Of a DNA stretch of 40,970 nucleotides, positions 1-12,129 are shown piece by piece. Origin of the DNA: Chiloscyllium plagiosum. Taxonomy: Eukaryota. Below the pieces are notes generated by a model. That model ran no database searches and was not told the origin of the DNA. It worked only from the letters and a program-made list of their open reading frames with translations. How positions within the stretch are numbered: the stretch's first letter is position 1; each line of letters opens with the position of its first letter. The stretch spans positions 3,063,610 through 3,104,579 of the forward strand of contig NC_057757.1 in assembly GCF_004010195.1 (NCBI RefSeq), written 5' to 3'. A program made the position numbers and the translations under genes.

Positions 1-136
1 TATGGGCATTTAAACGGGCATTGGGTAGGCATATGGAGGATAGTGGGCTAGTGTAGGTTAGGTGGGCTTGGATCGGCGCAACATCGAGGGCCAAAGGGCC
101 TGTACTGCGCTGTATTTTTCTATGTTCTATGTTCTA
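1..136 (+). mobile_element. CR1-clade LINE 3' end (same subfamily as 4417-6665)
   Basis: GGGCCAAAGGGCCTGTACTGCGCTGTA followed by a (TTCTATG)n tail; matches the reverse complement of 4417-4560. Confidence 0.85.
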
Positions 137-699
137 ATATTATTTTAACTGCTATCCCATAACGACATTGTTCTTTACTTGATTATTTAATTAAGCAACT
201 AAAGGTTTCCTGAACTCCACAGGTCCCATGTGCCTGTGTTTGTTCCATATCCCTCTTAAACCTTTCCTCTTCATCTCCCTGTCTTTTAAATGTTGTAACT
301 GTGGGAGCAGATGAGCCTGGTATATTTGGAGAGGGAACAAGCAACATCCAGAGATTTCCTCTCGATCTCCTCTGACTGACTGGCCACGTGGGCTAAAGGA
401 TCTCATCACTTTGCAAAACCACACTCGCATTGAGATTCAGGACATTTCCTTTGGGAGTTCATGTTTTTTTCCTGACAGTGCTCCCTTTATAGGTTTTTTT
501 TGTTTTAAGAACATACCTCTGTGGCCTTTTGTGAACCTAACCAGCTTCTCAGTCAACTGGTTCGCACAGGATAGGAGCTTGGGCACACGTGAAAGCAAGA
601 GTTGCATTCCTATAGCATCTTTGATATCCTCAGGACACCCGAAAAGTGTGTGATCACCAGTGACAGATTGTGCCAAGTGGAGTCTCTTAAAACCTTAAA

Positions 700-1458
700 T
701 CATGGGATGTGGGCACCGCTGACTAGGCCCAGCATTTACTGCCCATCCCTAATTGCTCAGACAAGGGGTTTAAGAGTTAACTACACCGCTGTAGGGTGTG
801 GAGTCACATTTAGGCCAGACACTGTAAGGGATGCAGATTTCCCCGCCTCAAGGGCAATATTTCGAGTCGATTTATTATTGTTCCTTGTACGTCGGAACAG
901 TGAAAAGTTTTGTTTTGCGTGCAATACAGTCCGATCCTACCGTATAAAGTGCATTAGGGTGATAGAACAGAATGAGGATTACTATGTTACAGCTGCAGAG
1001 AAGGTGCACAAATAGCGAAATCAGCATTAAATTTGAGAGGTCCGTTCAGACGTCTAATGACAGCGGGGAAGAAGCTGTTCCTGAATCTGTTGGTACATGG
1101 GTTTAAGCTTCTGTATCTTCTGCCCGGCAGAAGAGATTATAACGGGGGTGGGAAGGGGTCTTTGAAGATGTTGGCTGCCTTCCCGAGGCAGTGGGAAGTG
1201 TAGATGGAGTCAATAGATGGAAGGTTGCTTTGCGTGATGGGCCAAGCTGTGTTCACGCCTCTCTGTGGTTTCTTGGGATTTCACCACAATTGACGGTGGT
1301 CACATGATTGCCATTGGCCAGCTTTTGAATTCCTGCGTTTGACTAAATTCAAACGTCAACATCCACTATGGTGCGATTTGAACCTGTGTTTCTCGGACAT
1401 TAGCCTGAGGTTCTGGATTACTGGTCTGGTGACATTACCACAATGTCACAAGCCTCCC
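700..1458 (-). mobile_element. tRNA-derived SINE (family 2), split by a Rex1/Babar LINE fragment
   Basis: Tail at 700-855 and head at ~1280-1458 match the reverse complement of the copy at 17866-18190 (B-box GGTTCAAAT; tail GCAATTAGGGATGGGCA). Confidence 0.65.
865..1275 (-). mobile_element. Rex1/Babar-like LINE 3' fragment
   Basis: Minus strand encodes GRRYRSLNPCTNRFRNSFFPAVIRRLNG, the typical C-terminus of Rex1/Babar ORF2. Confidence 0.7.
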
Positions 1459-1594
1459 TCCAGAGTGAAGATATCACTGCAAAAGAGAGCGAGGGAGTTG
1501 GAAATAAATACATCTCCACCTTCCGCATCTCTTTATATGGGGATTTGTGCATGGAGTGAACTGTGAGAAGTGCTTAAGGCGTGTGCGGTTACAA

Positions 1595-1732
1595 GGGCAG
1601 GGACATGAATAGGAAAGGTTTAAGAGGGATACGAAACAAGCGCAGGCAAATGGGGCCAGTGCAATTTAGGAAACCTGGTCGGAATAGATGAGTTGGGCCG
1701 AAGGGTCTGTTTCCATGCTGTATGACTCTATA
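1595..1732 (+). mobile_element. CR1/HER1-like LINE 3' end
   Basis: GGGCCGAAGGGTCTGTTTCCATGCTGTATGACTCTA terminal motif. Confidence 0.8.
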
Positions 1733-2544
1733 CGATCCCAGTCCTGAATCGAACATCATCATTTCCCCTCTGCATCTTCAGTAATTTAATTAACAAGCAT
1801 TGACAGTATTATTCAGTAGTGTAGGAACGAGAGCAGCATAATGGAACACAGCAAGATTCTGTGATATGATAGTTGACCAGATAATGGATTTGTGTCTCGT
1901 CGCCTGAATACTGGGGGTGGCAGTTACAAGACAGGGATTTGTAAGGCTGTGCCTGGCTTGGGATATGCTTAACAGGGAGGGAGCGGTGGCAAATGTTGTC
2001 CCAGCGCATTGGGATATAACAATTCCACCTCTCTCTTTCCAAACGTTTCGTGTGATCTTTTCCCAGAGTGAGGATTGGAAAGATCCATTTAGGCAGTCAG
2101 AGTGGCCACGTGTCAGCAAAGACAACAGCAGGGTATACCAGTCAGGCCGAAAGGAATCAGTTGAGAGGGTGGATGGGACCTGTCCAGAAAGGCAGCTCCT
2201 TGGACAGCACCACACCCCCTCTGCAGTAGTTGTTGGAGAATCAGCCTGGATGAGGCAATCCCATGGCTTGAATGAAACTTGAATCTGTGGCCTTTCTGAC
2301 TCAAGTCGAGTGCCCTTTCTCTGGAATCGTGCTAAGCAACTGTTACTGAACAGTTTCACTGAATGCTGGCTGAGAACTCCACTAGTTGATCCCATTCCAG
2401 GGAATTGCCCACGCAGTTTTAGTCTCGTTGCCTGAGGATGGGCAAGATTTGCCCCCGAGGGAGTGCAGGGAAACTTCAAGTGTGATTACTCAAACGTCGC
2501 GGTACTCATATCAGCACAACATGTTGGCTGGGAGAAAGAGATGC

Positions 2545-2964
2545 AGGGAGAGAAGTTTAGGCTGGAATGTTTTTCCCTAGAGCAGCAGAGGTTGAAGGGT
2601 GACCTTATAGAGGTTTACAAAATCATGAGGGGTGTGGATAAGGTGACTAGCCAAGGTCTTTTGCCAGAGTAGCGGAGTCCAAAACTAGAGGAGCATAGGT
2701 TTAAGGTGAGAGGGAAAAACTTAACAGGGACCCGAGGGACAACTTTTTCACGCAGAGGGTGGTGCATGTATGGAACAATCTGCCAGAGGAAATGTTGGAG
2801 GCTGGTACAATCACATTTAAAAGGCATCTGGTTGGGTACTTTATTGGGAAAGATTCAGAAGGATATGGGCCAAATGCGGGCAAATGGGACTAGTTCAGTT
2901 TGGGAACCTTGGCCAGCACGGACGAGTTGGGCCGAAGGGTCTGATTTCATGCTGTATGACTCTA
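2545..2964 (+). mobile_element. CR1/HER1-like LINE 3' fragment
   Basis: Encodes FSLEQQRLKGDLIEVYKIMRG; ends in GCTGTATGACTCT. Confidence 0.9.
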
Positions 2965-3577
2965 AAGTATGGGATCCTCTGTAGGTTTGGTGAAGTTTCA
3001 GTTTAATATCGAGAAAAACACATCCAGAACCTCTTGCAGGAGCACACTGTAAATGTCAGCAGGTCAACGGGAGGTGTTGGATGTAAGGTCTTTATCAACT
3101 GGTGTGTAAATATCTTCATGCAGCGAGACATTGGGATATGGAATGTTCTGCTCAAGGTGATGGGGGAAAGAGATTCCATTGAGGCTTGCGAAGAGGAAAC
3201 AGGTCATTATTTAAAAGGAAAGAGTGTGGATGGGGCGAAGGCGGGGTTATGTGCACTGCTCAATCAGTGAGCCATGCAGGGATACTGGGCTAAATGGCCT
3301 CTCTCTGTGCTGTGATCATTCAGTCCAGTACTTTGTGTTCACTCCTCTGGGGTAGCGATTGAACCTTCTGACACAAAGGCTCAGCTGATAATGGACGTGG
3401 AGTTGCCATGAGAGCCCCGAATGGGATTCTTGAGTGTATTCAACTGGAAGTCACTGATGTATAATGATTAGCTTGTGAAGTGAAAGGTGTCCATTAAAGA
3501 GAAAAGGGCACTCAGTCTTTACATTTTCATGATAATGATGTCCTTTTGGATGGTAAACATCAAAGATACGTCAAAAC

Positions 3578-3992
3578 TGTGTGTGTGTGTGTGTGTGACT
3601 GAGGGTGTGTGTGTGTGTGTGACTGAGGGTGTGTGTGTGTGTGTGTGTGTGTGAGAGTCTGAGGGTGTTTGGGTTTTTGTATGTGTATTTGTATGTGCAT
3701 GAGTGAGAGGGTGCATGTCCCTGTGTCTGTGTGTGTAAGTGTGTGAGCATGTATGTGTGTGAGAGTTTATGTGTGTCAATGTGTGTGTCTGTGAGAGTGT
3801 GTGTCTCTGTGTGTCTCTGTGTGTAAGTGTGTTTGTCTTGAGTATGTCTGTGTGTGAGATTGTGTGTGTGTATGAGTATGTCTGTGTGTGTGAGTATGTC
3901 TGTGTGTGAGATTGTGTGCCTGCATGTGTGTGTGTCTGTGTGCATACATGTGTGAGTATATATGTGAGAATGAGACAGAGAGAGAGAGAGAC
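3578..3992. repeat. Degenerate (GT)n microsatellite followed by (GA)n
   Basis: Directly visible; source of the spurious His/Thr-rich ORFs. Confidence 0.95.
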
Positions 3993-4247
3993 AGTTAGTA
4001 AGGCCAGGTACCCATTGTCAATCCATCCATTACTGTAATATCTTGACTACAGGCAGTCAGCTGTCCCTCAGTAGGTGACAGTCACACCTCTGACTCAGAA
4101 TGCTGGGGGGTTTATGTGGAACATCAGACACACGAGCACTGAACCTGGGCTGACACTGAAGGCTCCGTATCCTCTCTTAGCTAGAGCTAAACCAAGCCTT
4201 GTCAGAGGAGATTCCCCCGGCATCGTGATGATAGGAAATACTGCAGA

Positions 4248-6870
4248 TAGAGACCATTCAGCACCTTGATTCTATTCTGCCATTTTATAAAATTGTGGCT
4301 GATCTAATCCGGCTTTACCTCTACTCTCCTGCCTTAACCCTCTACCTATTGCTAGTGATTCTCTTGTAGATCAAATACCTATCTAACCCGACCTGGGATA
4401 GATTCAGTGACGTACAGCATAGAAGATAGAACATGGAACGTTATAGCGCAGTACACGCCCTTCTGCCCTCGATGTTGCACCGACCTGTGAAAATAATCTG
4501 ATGCCCATCTAACCGACACTGTTCCATTATTATTCATACATATGTCCAATGCCCATTTAAATGCCCTTAATGTCAGCGATTCTACTACTGTTGCAGGCAG
4601 GCCGTTCCAAGCCCCTACTATTCTCTGAGTAAAGAAACTACCCCGAATATCTGTCCTAAATCTATCACCCCTCAATTTAAACCTATGTCCCCTCGTGTTA
4701 GCCTTCACCATCCGAGGAAAAAGGGTCTCACTGTCCACCGATCTAACCCACTCATTATCTTATACCTCTCGATTAAGTCACCTCTCAACTTTCTTCTCTC
4801 CAATGAAAACAGCTTCAAGTCCCTCAGCCTTTCCTTGTAAGACCTTCCTTCCATATCAGGCAACATCCTAGTAAATCTCCTCTGAACCCTTTCCAAAGCT
4901 TCCACGTCCTTCCTATAATGTGGTGACCAGGACTGTACACAATACTCCAGGTGCGGCCTTACCAGTGTCTTATACGGCTGAAGCATGACCTCGTGGCTCT
5001 GAAATTCAATCCCCCTACCAATAAATGCCAACACACCATATGTGTTCTTAACAACTCTATCAACCTGGGTAGCAACCTTCCAGGGATCTCTGGACACCGA
5101 GAATCTCTCTGTCAAGAATTTTACCATTAGCCCAGTACTCTGCATTCCTGTTACTTATTCTGAAGTGACTACCTCACATTTTTCTGTATTAAACTCCATT
5201 TGCCACTTCTCAGCCCAGCTCTGCTTCTTATCTATGTCCCTCTGTAACCCAAAACATCCTTTGGCACTATCCACAAATCTGCCTACCTTAGCATCATCCG
5301 CAAATTTACTAACCCATCCTTCTACGCCCACATCCAGATTATTTATAAAAATGACAAACAGCAGTGACCCCAAAACAGATCCTTGTGGCATAGCACTGGT
5401 AACTGAGCTCCAGGATGAACATTTCCCATCAACCACCATCCTCTGTCTTCTTTGAGTTAGCCAATTTCTGATCCAAACCACTAACTCAACTTCAATCCTG
5501 AAACTCCGTATTTTGTGCAATAGCCTAACATGTGGAACCTTATCAAACACCTTACTGAAATCCATATACAACACATCAACTGATTTACCTTCATCCACCT
5601 GTTTTGTCATCTTCTGGAAGAACTCAATAAGGTTAGTGAGGCACAACCTACCCTTCACAAAACCGTGTTGACTATCCCTAATCAACTTATTCCTTTCCAG
5701 ATGATTATAAATCCTATCTCTTATAACCTTTTCCAACCTCCTACCCACAACTGTTTTTACCTGTTTTTACCTACTCACAACTGAAATAAGGCTCACTGGC
5801 CTATAATTTCCAGGATTGTCCCGACTCCCCTTCTTAAACAAGGGCACAACATTGCTATCCTCCAGTCTTCTGGCACTACTCCTATTGACAATGACATAAA
5901 GATTAAAGCCAAAGGCTCTGCAATCCCCTCCCTGGCTTCCCAGAGAATCCGAAGATAAATCCCTCTGGCCCAGAGATCTTATCTATTTTCAGATCTTCCA
6001 AATTTGCTAAAACCTCTTCTTTGTCAACCTCAATCCCATCTAATCTAGTAGCCTGTATCTCTGTATTCTCACTATAATTGCCCTTTTCCAATGTGAATAC
6101 TGACAAAAAGTATTCATTAAGCGCTTCCCCATGTCCTCAGATTCCACACACGAATTTTCACTGCTACCTTTGATTGGCCCTAATCTTATTCGAGTCATTC
6201 TTTTATTCCCGATATACCGATAGAAGGCCTTAGGGTTTACCCTGACCCTATCCCCCAATAACTTCTCATGTCCCCTCCTGGCTCTTCTTAGCCCTCTCTT
6301 TAGATCTTTTCTGGCTAACTTATAACTCTTAAGCCCCCTAACAGAGCCTTCATGCCTCATCTCATATAGGTCTTCTTCTTCCTCTTGACAAGAGCTTCAA
6401 CTTCTTTAGTAAACCATGACTCCTTCTCTCGACAACTCCCTCCCCACCTAATAAGTAAATACTTATCGAGGACCCACATTAGCTGTTCCTTGAATAAGCT
6501 CCACATTTCAAGTGTGACCTTCCCCATCCTGTGCATCCTAAATTGTGCCTAATTGCATCACAATTGCCTTTCCTCCAGTTATACCTCTTTCCCTGCGGTA
6601 TATACCTATCCCTGCGCATTGCTATTGTAAACACAACCAAATTATGGTCACTATTGCCAAAAGAGTGGCTCCACCTGCTCTCTGAAGGGAGAAGATTCCA
6701 AACACTAATGCCCTTCTGAGAGAATAATATTTCTCCTCATTGCTGTCTTAAATGTGAGATCCTTTATTTTGAATCCGTACCCTTGGTTCTGGATTCTCAT
6801 GAAGGGAACCGTTCTCAGGTCAAACCCCCACGGTACCTTAAAATAAAATCAGCTCTCATTCTCCTAAACT
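4248..6870 (-). mobile_element. Older CR1-like LINE 3' remnant (4248-4412 plus 6666-6870) interrupted by the younger CR1
   Basis: Both flanks resemble the reverse complement of the older LINE family seen at 13095-13880 and 33530-34185. Confidence 0.55.
4417..6665 (-). mobile_element. 5'-truncated CR1 LINE with disrupted ORF2 (end of endonuclease, RT, C-terminus)
   Basis: Motifs FGNSDH (~6660), SQHGFVKGRLCLTNL, YMDFSKVFDKVPH, PQGSVLG, FADD and LVRPHLEYCVQ are spread over frameshifted ORFs 6040-6360, 5903-6106, 5155-5748, 4705-5145 and 4379-4738; TTCTATG tail. Confidence 0.95.
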
Positions 6871-6907
6871 TTAGTTAGCACTATTATGATTTGTATAAAA
6901 GGGTCAG

Positions 6908-7200
6908 TTGTGGGATGTGAGTGTTTATTGCCCATCCCTATTTGCCCCTTGAGAAGATGGTGGTGAGCTGCTATTTTGAACTGCAATATGCCCACCAGTT
7001 GAGGGTTGATCACTAGGGAGGGAATTCCAGGATTTTGACCCAGCGATAGTGAAGGAATAGCGATATGTTTCCAATCAGGGATGGTGTATGGCTCGGAGGG
7101 GAACTTGAAGGGAGTGGTGTTCCCATGTATCTGCTGCCATTGTCCTTCAAGATGGAAGTAGGCTTTGTACAGTGCTGTCTAAGGATCTTTGGTGAATTTC
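6908..7200 (-). mobile_element. L2/CR1-type LINE 3' fragment (the family whose tail is shared with SINE family 2)
   Basis: Reverse complement of CAGCTCACCACCATCTTCTCAAGGGGCAAATAGGGATGGGCAATAAA; homologous to 19800-20210 and 26830-27520. Confidence 0.65.
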
Positions 7201-7514
7201 TAGTGATTCCAACCCAGCTGATGGCACCGGACTGTGAGATTGCTGACAGAAAGCAAGATTGGTAAGACCGTGCAATTTATTTTTATTTTGTTTCTTAAGT
7301 AAGTGAATTTTTACTAAAACACATGCGTGTAATCTTCGTGGTCTTTGTTTTAACACCAAAACAAATCAGAAGTTTATTAACATCAGAAATGAAGGTAGAG
7401 AGGGAACAAAAAAAATGCTTTGTAATACAGATTCAAAGACATAGTAAAAATACCTAATGCCTCATCTCCAGAAAGACCCAGCCCAGTTTATCTCTAAATG
7501 CTTTGATGGTTGCA

Positions 7515-7850
7515 GGTTTTGAGAAGATTTGTAGCTCAGGTTGAGGTTCTGGATGTAGATTTGCTCGCTGAGCTGGAAGGTTCATTTTCCGACGTTTTGT
7601 CACCATACTGGGTAACATTTTCAGTGAGCCTCCGAATGAAGCACTGGTGACGTAGCCCGCTTTCTATTTATGTGTTTGGGTTTCCTTGTATTGGTGGTGT
7701 CATTTCCTGTGGTGATATCATTTCCTATGGTGATGTCATTTCCTGATCTTTTTCTCAGGGGGTAGTAAATGGGATCCAGTCAATGTGTTTATTGGTAGAG
7801 TTTCGGTTGGAATGCCATGCTTCTAGGAATTCTTGTGTGTGTCTCTGTTT
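7515..7850 (-). mobile_element. Penelope-like element 3' remnant (second family) with degenerate hammerhead
   Basis: Minus strand encodes KQRHTQEFLEAWHSNRNSTNKHI (GIY-YIG C-terminus). Decayed core CTGAAAA-T-GTTACC-CAGTAT-GGTGAC-AAAAC-GTC at 7591-7624. Confidence 0.7.
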
Positions 7851-8388
7851 CCATGCTGTATGACTCTATAACTTTGTAACTCAGCATAGAGAAAGGATGA
7901 TTGGGGATTGCAGCAAATTGACTAGGTATATGAAACACAATATGCAATACAGTCATTGGTGTTTTTCTTTGGGGTAAAGCCATTAAATGATGACCTTCAA
8001 TCCCACCCCCGTCCTCTTAGTTACCCGGCATAGGGGCAAGGTCTAAAAGTCCATCAAGTCAATCAATCATGTCCTATAGGGAAGGAAATTTGCCATCCTC
8101 ATCCGTCATTGCTTAGTTGCTTAAGCCTGGGTATGGGCTGACATTTGGATTTCCAATAGCCTGTTCCAAACGTTGAGGCATGGAGTTGAACCACTCTATT
8201 TTTTTTGCACTTGGTGACCTGATGATGAAAGCATTAAACTTAGGGGTCGGGAAATGGAAAAATAAACGAGCCAAAAAAAAACGCAGGGAAACTCTAGGAA
8301 CAGGAGAAGCTCAGCAGTTTCTGGAGACATCTGCCGACAAAAAGAGAGAGGAAGGTAAGACTCCTGCGAGACATGCTTGGACAAAAGT

Positions 8389-8512
8389 CCTGACAAAGGG
8401 TTTTGGCCTGAAACATCGACTCTCCTGTTCCTCGGATGCTGTCTGACCTGCTGTGCTTTTCCAGCTCCACATCTATTGACTCTAGCTTCCTGCATCTGCA
8501 GTCCTTACTGTC
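8389..8512 (+). mobile_element. Penelope terminal fragment with degenerate hammerhead core
   Basis: CTGACAAAGGGTTTTGGCCTGAAACATC followed by CTCGGATGCTG...GCATCTGCAGTC, as in 10074-10190. Confidence 0.75.
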
Positions 8513-9393
8513 TACAGGACTTGACGTTATCTCTGTTTCTTTATCACCAGACTTGCTAGTCATTTTTCCAGCCGTTTCTGTTACGGGGCTTGGAAAATGT
8601 AATCGTTTCTGTTGCATCTTCACATCTGTGTCAATGTTCGGTTATATTCGGTTACAATTCATCCATGAAGGAGCTGGTTTTGAGAAGCCAGCTTTTGCAC
8701 TGGACTATCTTCCTTGTACTATGACTCACTAAAAGAAAAAATGTACTTACTGTGGTATTGAAGGTTAGCTCTGAAGGTGCCCCCTTTTGAGCACAGCTTT
8801 GATATAAGGAAGTGCTATTGCTTATGAAAGGAAGTTAGCTTGGCTTCAATGATACCATAGCAGGTTGTTGATTTTATAGCACCGTTGTTCCTCACCTCAC
8901 TGGTGACATTAGTGCAGTAGATGTACAAATTAGAGATCTGAGACACCTCCTCTCTGCTTGCAGAATTCCGGGAACAAATGTTGACCTGCCAGATTGCCAA
9001 TTTTGGATGTTACCTTCATAAAAACACAAGCAGTGCTCAGGATGTACACTGATCATGGCATGTTGCAGCTCACTCGAGGTGGGCTCCAGGTTGCTGTGGT
9101 GGTATGCAACTTTACACGCAATCTGACAACTCGAGAGGTGTTGGCAGACATACCCATTCTCTTCCCAGCACATGGACCCGTCCAGAATCTCTCCCTCTCT
9201 TACTTCCTGCTAGTGGCATGTGCCATGCTCAGGTATCAAGTCCTGGAGTGGGTCTTGACATGGAATCTCTGAAGCTAGAACCAAGGACATTACCCTCTGA
9301 GTCATATATTGTCAATGTGATAGGATTAGGATGCTTAATCAGTCAGCATAGACCGCTTTTGAACTGGGAAAAAGTTTTTACTTTTGTATCAAA

Positions 9394-9620
9394 TGTGTGT
9401 GTGTGTGTGTATGCGTGTGTGTGTGTGAGAGTGAGTGTGTGTGAGAGAGGGAGTGAGTGTGTGTGTGACTGAGAGTGTGTGTGTGAGTGAGTGTGTGTGA
9501 GAATGAGTGTGCGCATGTGAGTGTGTGTGTGTGTCTGTGTTTGAGTGTGTGTGTGAGTGAGTGTGAGAGTGTGTGTGTGAGAGAGTGTGTGTGCGAGTGA
9601 GTACGTGTGTTTGAGTGTGA
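9394..9620. repeat. Degenerate (GT)n/(GAGT)n microsatellite
   Basis: Directly visible. Confidence 0.95.
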
Positions 9621-9634
9621 GGGTTCAGACAAGA

Positions 9635-10200
9635 TTTAATCCACCCTCCCATCATGGCACCTTCTCCTGCCACCGCAGGAACTGTAAAACCTGCGCCCAC
9701 ACCTCCTCCCTCACCTCCATCCAAAGCCCTAAAGGAGCCTTCCACATCCACCAAAGTTTTACCTGCACATCCACTAATATCATTTATTGTATCTGTTGCT
9801 CCTGATGCGGTCTCCTCTACACTGGGGAGACTGGACGCCTCCTAGCAGAGCACTATAGGGAACATCTCTGGGACACCCGCACCAAACAACCACACTGCCC
9901 TGTGGCCCAACATTTCAACTCCCCCTCCCACTCTGCCGAGGACATGGAGGTCCTGGGCCTCCTTATTACCTCATCCCCTCCCCCACTCACCTATTGTACT
10001 CTATGATACTTTCTCTCCACCCCCACCCTCCTCTCATTTATCTCTCCACCCTTCAGGCTCCCTGCTTGTATTCCTGATGAAGGGCTTTTGCCCAAAACAT
10101 CGATTTTCCTGCTCCTCGGATGCTGCCTGAACTGCTTTCTTTTCCAGCACCACTCTAATCTAGACTCTGGTTTCCAGCATCTGCAGTCAATTTTTTTACC
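9635..10200 (+). mobile_element. Penelope-like element: GIY-YIG endonuclease remnant plus 3' terminal region
   Basis: Encodes GTFSCHRRNCKTC...FTCTSTNIIYCICCS*CGLLYTGETGR...HFNSPSHSAEDMEVLGL (in-frame stop). Hammerhead core at 10074-10101 with G12 decayed. Confidence 0.9.
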
Positions 10201-10203
10201 TAA

Positions 10204-10636
10204 AGGGAGAGGCTGAATAGGCTGGGGCTGTTTTCCCTGGAGCGTCGGAGGGCTGCCGGTTGACCTTATAGAGGTTTATAAAATCATGAGGGGCATGGAT
10301 GGGATAAATAGACAATGTCTTTTTCCCAGAGTCAAGTAATGCAAAACTGGAGGGCGTAGGTTTAGGGTGACAGGGGAAAGATTCAAAAGGGACCTAAGGG
10401 GCAACGGTTTCACACAGAGGGTGGTACATGTATGGAACGAGCTGCCAGAGGAAGTGATGGAGGCTGCTACAGTGACAGCATTTAAAAGGCATCTGGATGG
10501 GTATATGGATAGGAAGGGTTTAGAGGGGTATGGGCCACGTACTGGCAAATGGGACTGGATGAAGTGGGGATATCTCGTCGGCATGGAGGAGATAGGCCGA
10601 AGGTCAGCTTCCATGTTGTACAACTCTATGACTATG
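10204..10636 (+). mobile_element. CR1/HER1-like LINE 3' fragment
   Basis: Encodes FTQRVVHVWNELPEEVMEAATVTAFKRHLD; ACTCTATGACTATG tail. Confidence 0.9.
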
Positions 10637-10651
10637 AAATATTTGAGGTGA

Positions 10652-10750
10652 AGGCAAAAGGTGCTGGAAATACTCAGCAGGTCGGGAGAACGTGTGGACA
10701 CAGAGAAGAAAACAGAGTTCAGGTTTCGAGTTAATGAGCTTTTATCAGTT
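10652..10750 (-). mobile_element. Short Penelope terminal fragment with degenerate hammerhead
   Basis: Reverse complement reads CTGATAAAAGCTCATTAACTCGAAAC...CCTGCTGAGTATTTCCAGCA. Confidence 0.6.
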
Positions 10751-10868
10751 CTAATTTCTGGCAGAACGGAGAGATCGTTAACAGAACGGCCATTTTGTAT
10801 TGGTTGCTAAGTACTTTCTCAGTTCGTCCTTTTGGAGTTTGACAAATTGACACAACTACATGGCATTA

Positions 10869-11097
10869 TGTTGAAGAAATTCTCCAGACTCAGACCTTGA
10901 GCATTGACAAACTTTATTGCATGAGATCATGGGGACCATACCTTTCCTTAGTATGGTCTAGCGCTACTTGAAAGTGCTGCAGATCGCCGCGGGTTTATAT
11001 AGTACAACAGATGTTGAGCTGACAGTTGCATTATCAGACACAAAACCACAAGATAGTCACTAGATAGTCACAATCGTTAAAATAACCAATTGCTACA
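10869..11097 (-). mobile_element. Compact LTR-like element (229 bp), solo LTR or 3' LTR
   Basis: On minus: TGTAGC...TCAACA termini, TATATAAA (10994-11001), AATAAA (10913-10918) in correct order. Flanks CATTA/CATTT are a near-perfect 5-bp TSD. Confidence 0.6.
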
Positions 11098-12129
11098 CAT
11101 TTGCCCTTCGGCCTTTGTTCTTCACCAACCTCTTTAACAAACTTAAATAATCCCTTTTATTATGAACAAAATTTATACTTAAAGCAAGTGGCAAACACTA
11201 GCTAATGCCTAAGCTGTGCTCTGGAATTAAAATTGTACCCCTGTAGTCTCTCACACAGATACCCTCACACAACACAAAAATACAAGTCTGCAGAGATGGT
11301 GAATTCGTTAATAAAAAGAGGCAAAATGGGGAAACAGAAAACTGCTCTTGTGGACCGAGGGTTGAAAGGAAAAGACTTCTCACATCCACAGGTTTTCCTG
11401 TTCATGAAAGCCAAATTTCTGAAAGCAGTAGATTAATAATGGATGTCCTCGTGATTCTAGTCAACTTGGAGTTGAGTTGTTGGTTGCAGCCCACTTGTTC
11501 CAGCTTTACCATATTTGTATATGGAAGCTTGATCAGGTTTGCTGGAGCTCAAACTAAGAAAGGAAATACAGGAAAGGTCGCATCTTACCTCTTCATTACT
11601 TTTGGATCCGTAACATGGAAATTTTAAGACCAGAAAAAAGTTGTTAGGCAACTAATCGTAAACAGTCCCCACCCTAGTCCTCTCAAAGCCGGGCTTTCCC
11701 ATGAACTCCATCTGTTATCTCTTTGAAAGCTTTGCTAGGCTGTTTTCTCCAAAGTCGCTTGATTTCCTGTCAACAGGAAGTACGCCACAACACACTTGAA
11801 ACTCGTGGCTTTACATTTCCAAGCAATCCCATGGTTAAAAACCTTTTTTTCATTCCAGAGAATGCCTAAATAATTCAAAATTGTCCTGTATTTCCCAGAT
11901 GGCCTTAAATATAAGTAAGTTTTCCCAATAGATGTCCTGATTACAGTAAGATGCAGTGTCATGTGCCTGTTGGTATTGGGAACTTTGAGTTATATGATCA
12001 AGAGTAAGGTGCTGGGATCATTTATCTGAGTGATAATTCTAAACTCAGGAAGCAACCCACAACCACTTCCAGTTCTAACACGGATACTTTAAGACTTTAA
12101 TTTAGAGGGGAACACCATAATATAGTATT

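Noticed and set aside
4379..6360. Functional reverse transcriptase gene or retron-like system
   Set aside because: 5'-truncated, multiply frameshifted CR1 ORF2; an ordinary dead LINE copy
8520..9250. Coding exons in a unique-looking island
   Set aside because: Stops interrupt all frames, the GTAAGT donor and nearby acceptor are only ~21 nt apart, and no recognisable peptide
12100..12117. Primer-binding site (TGGTGTTCCCC on minus) for the LTR element
   Set aside because: Not preceded by an LTR ending in CA, and the tRNA complementarity is too short to support
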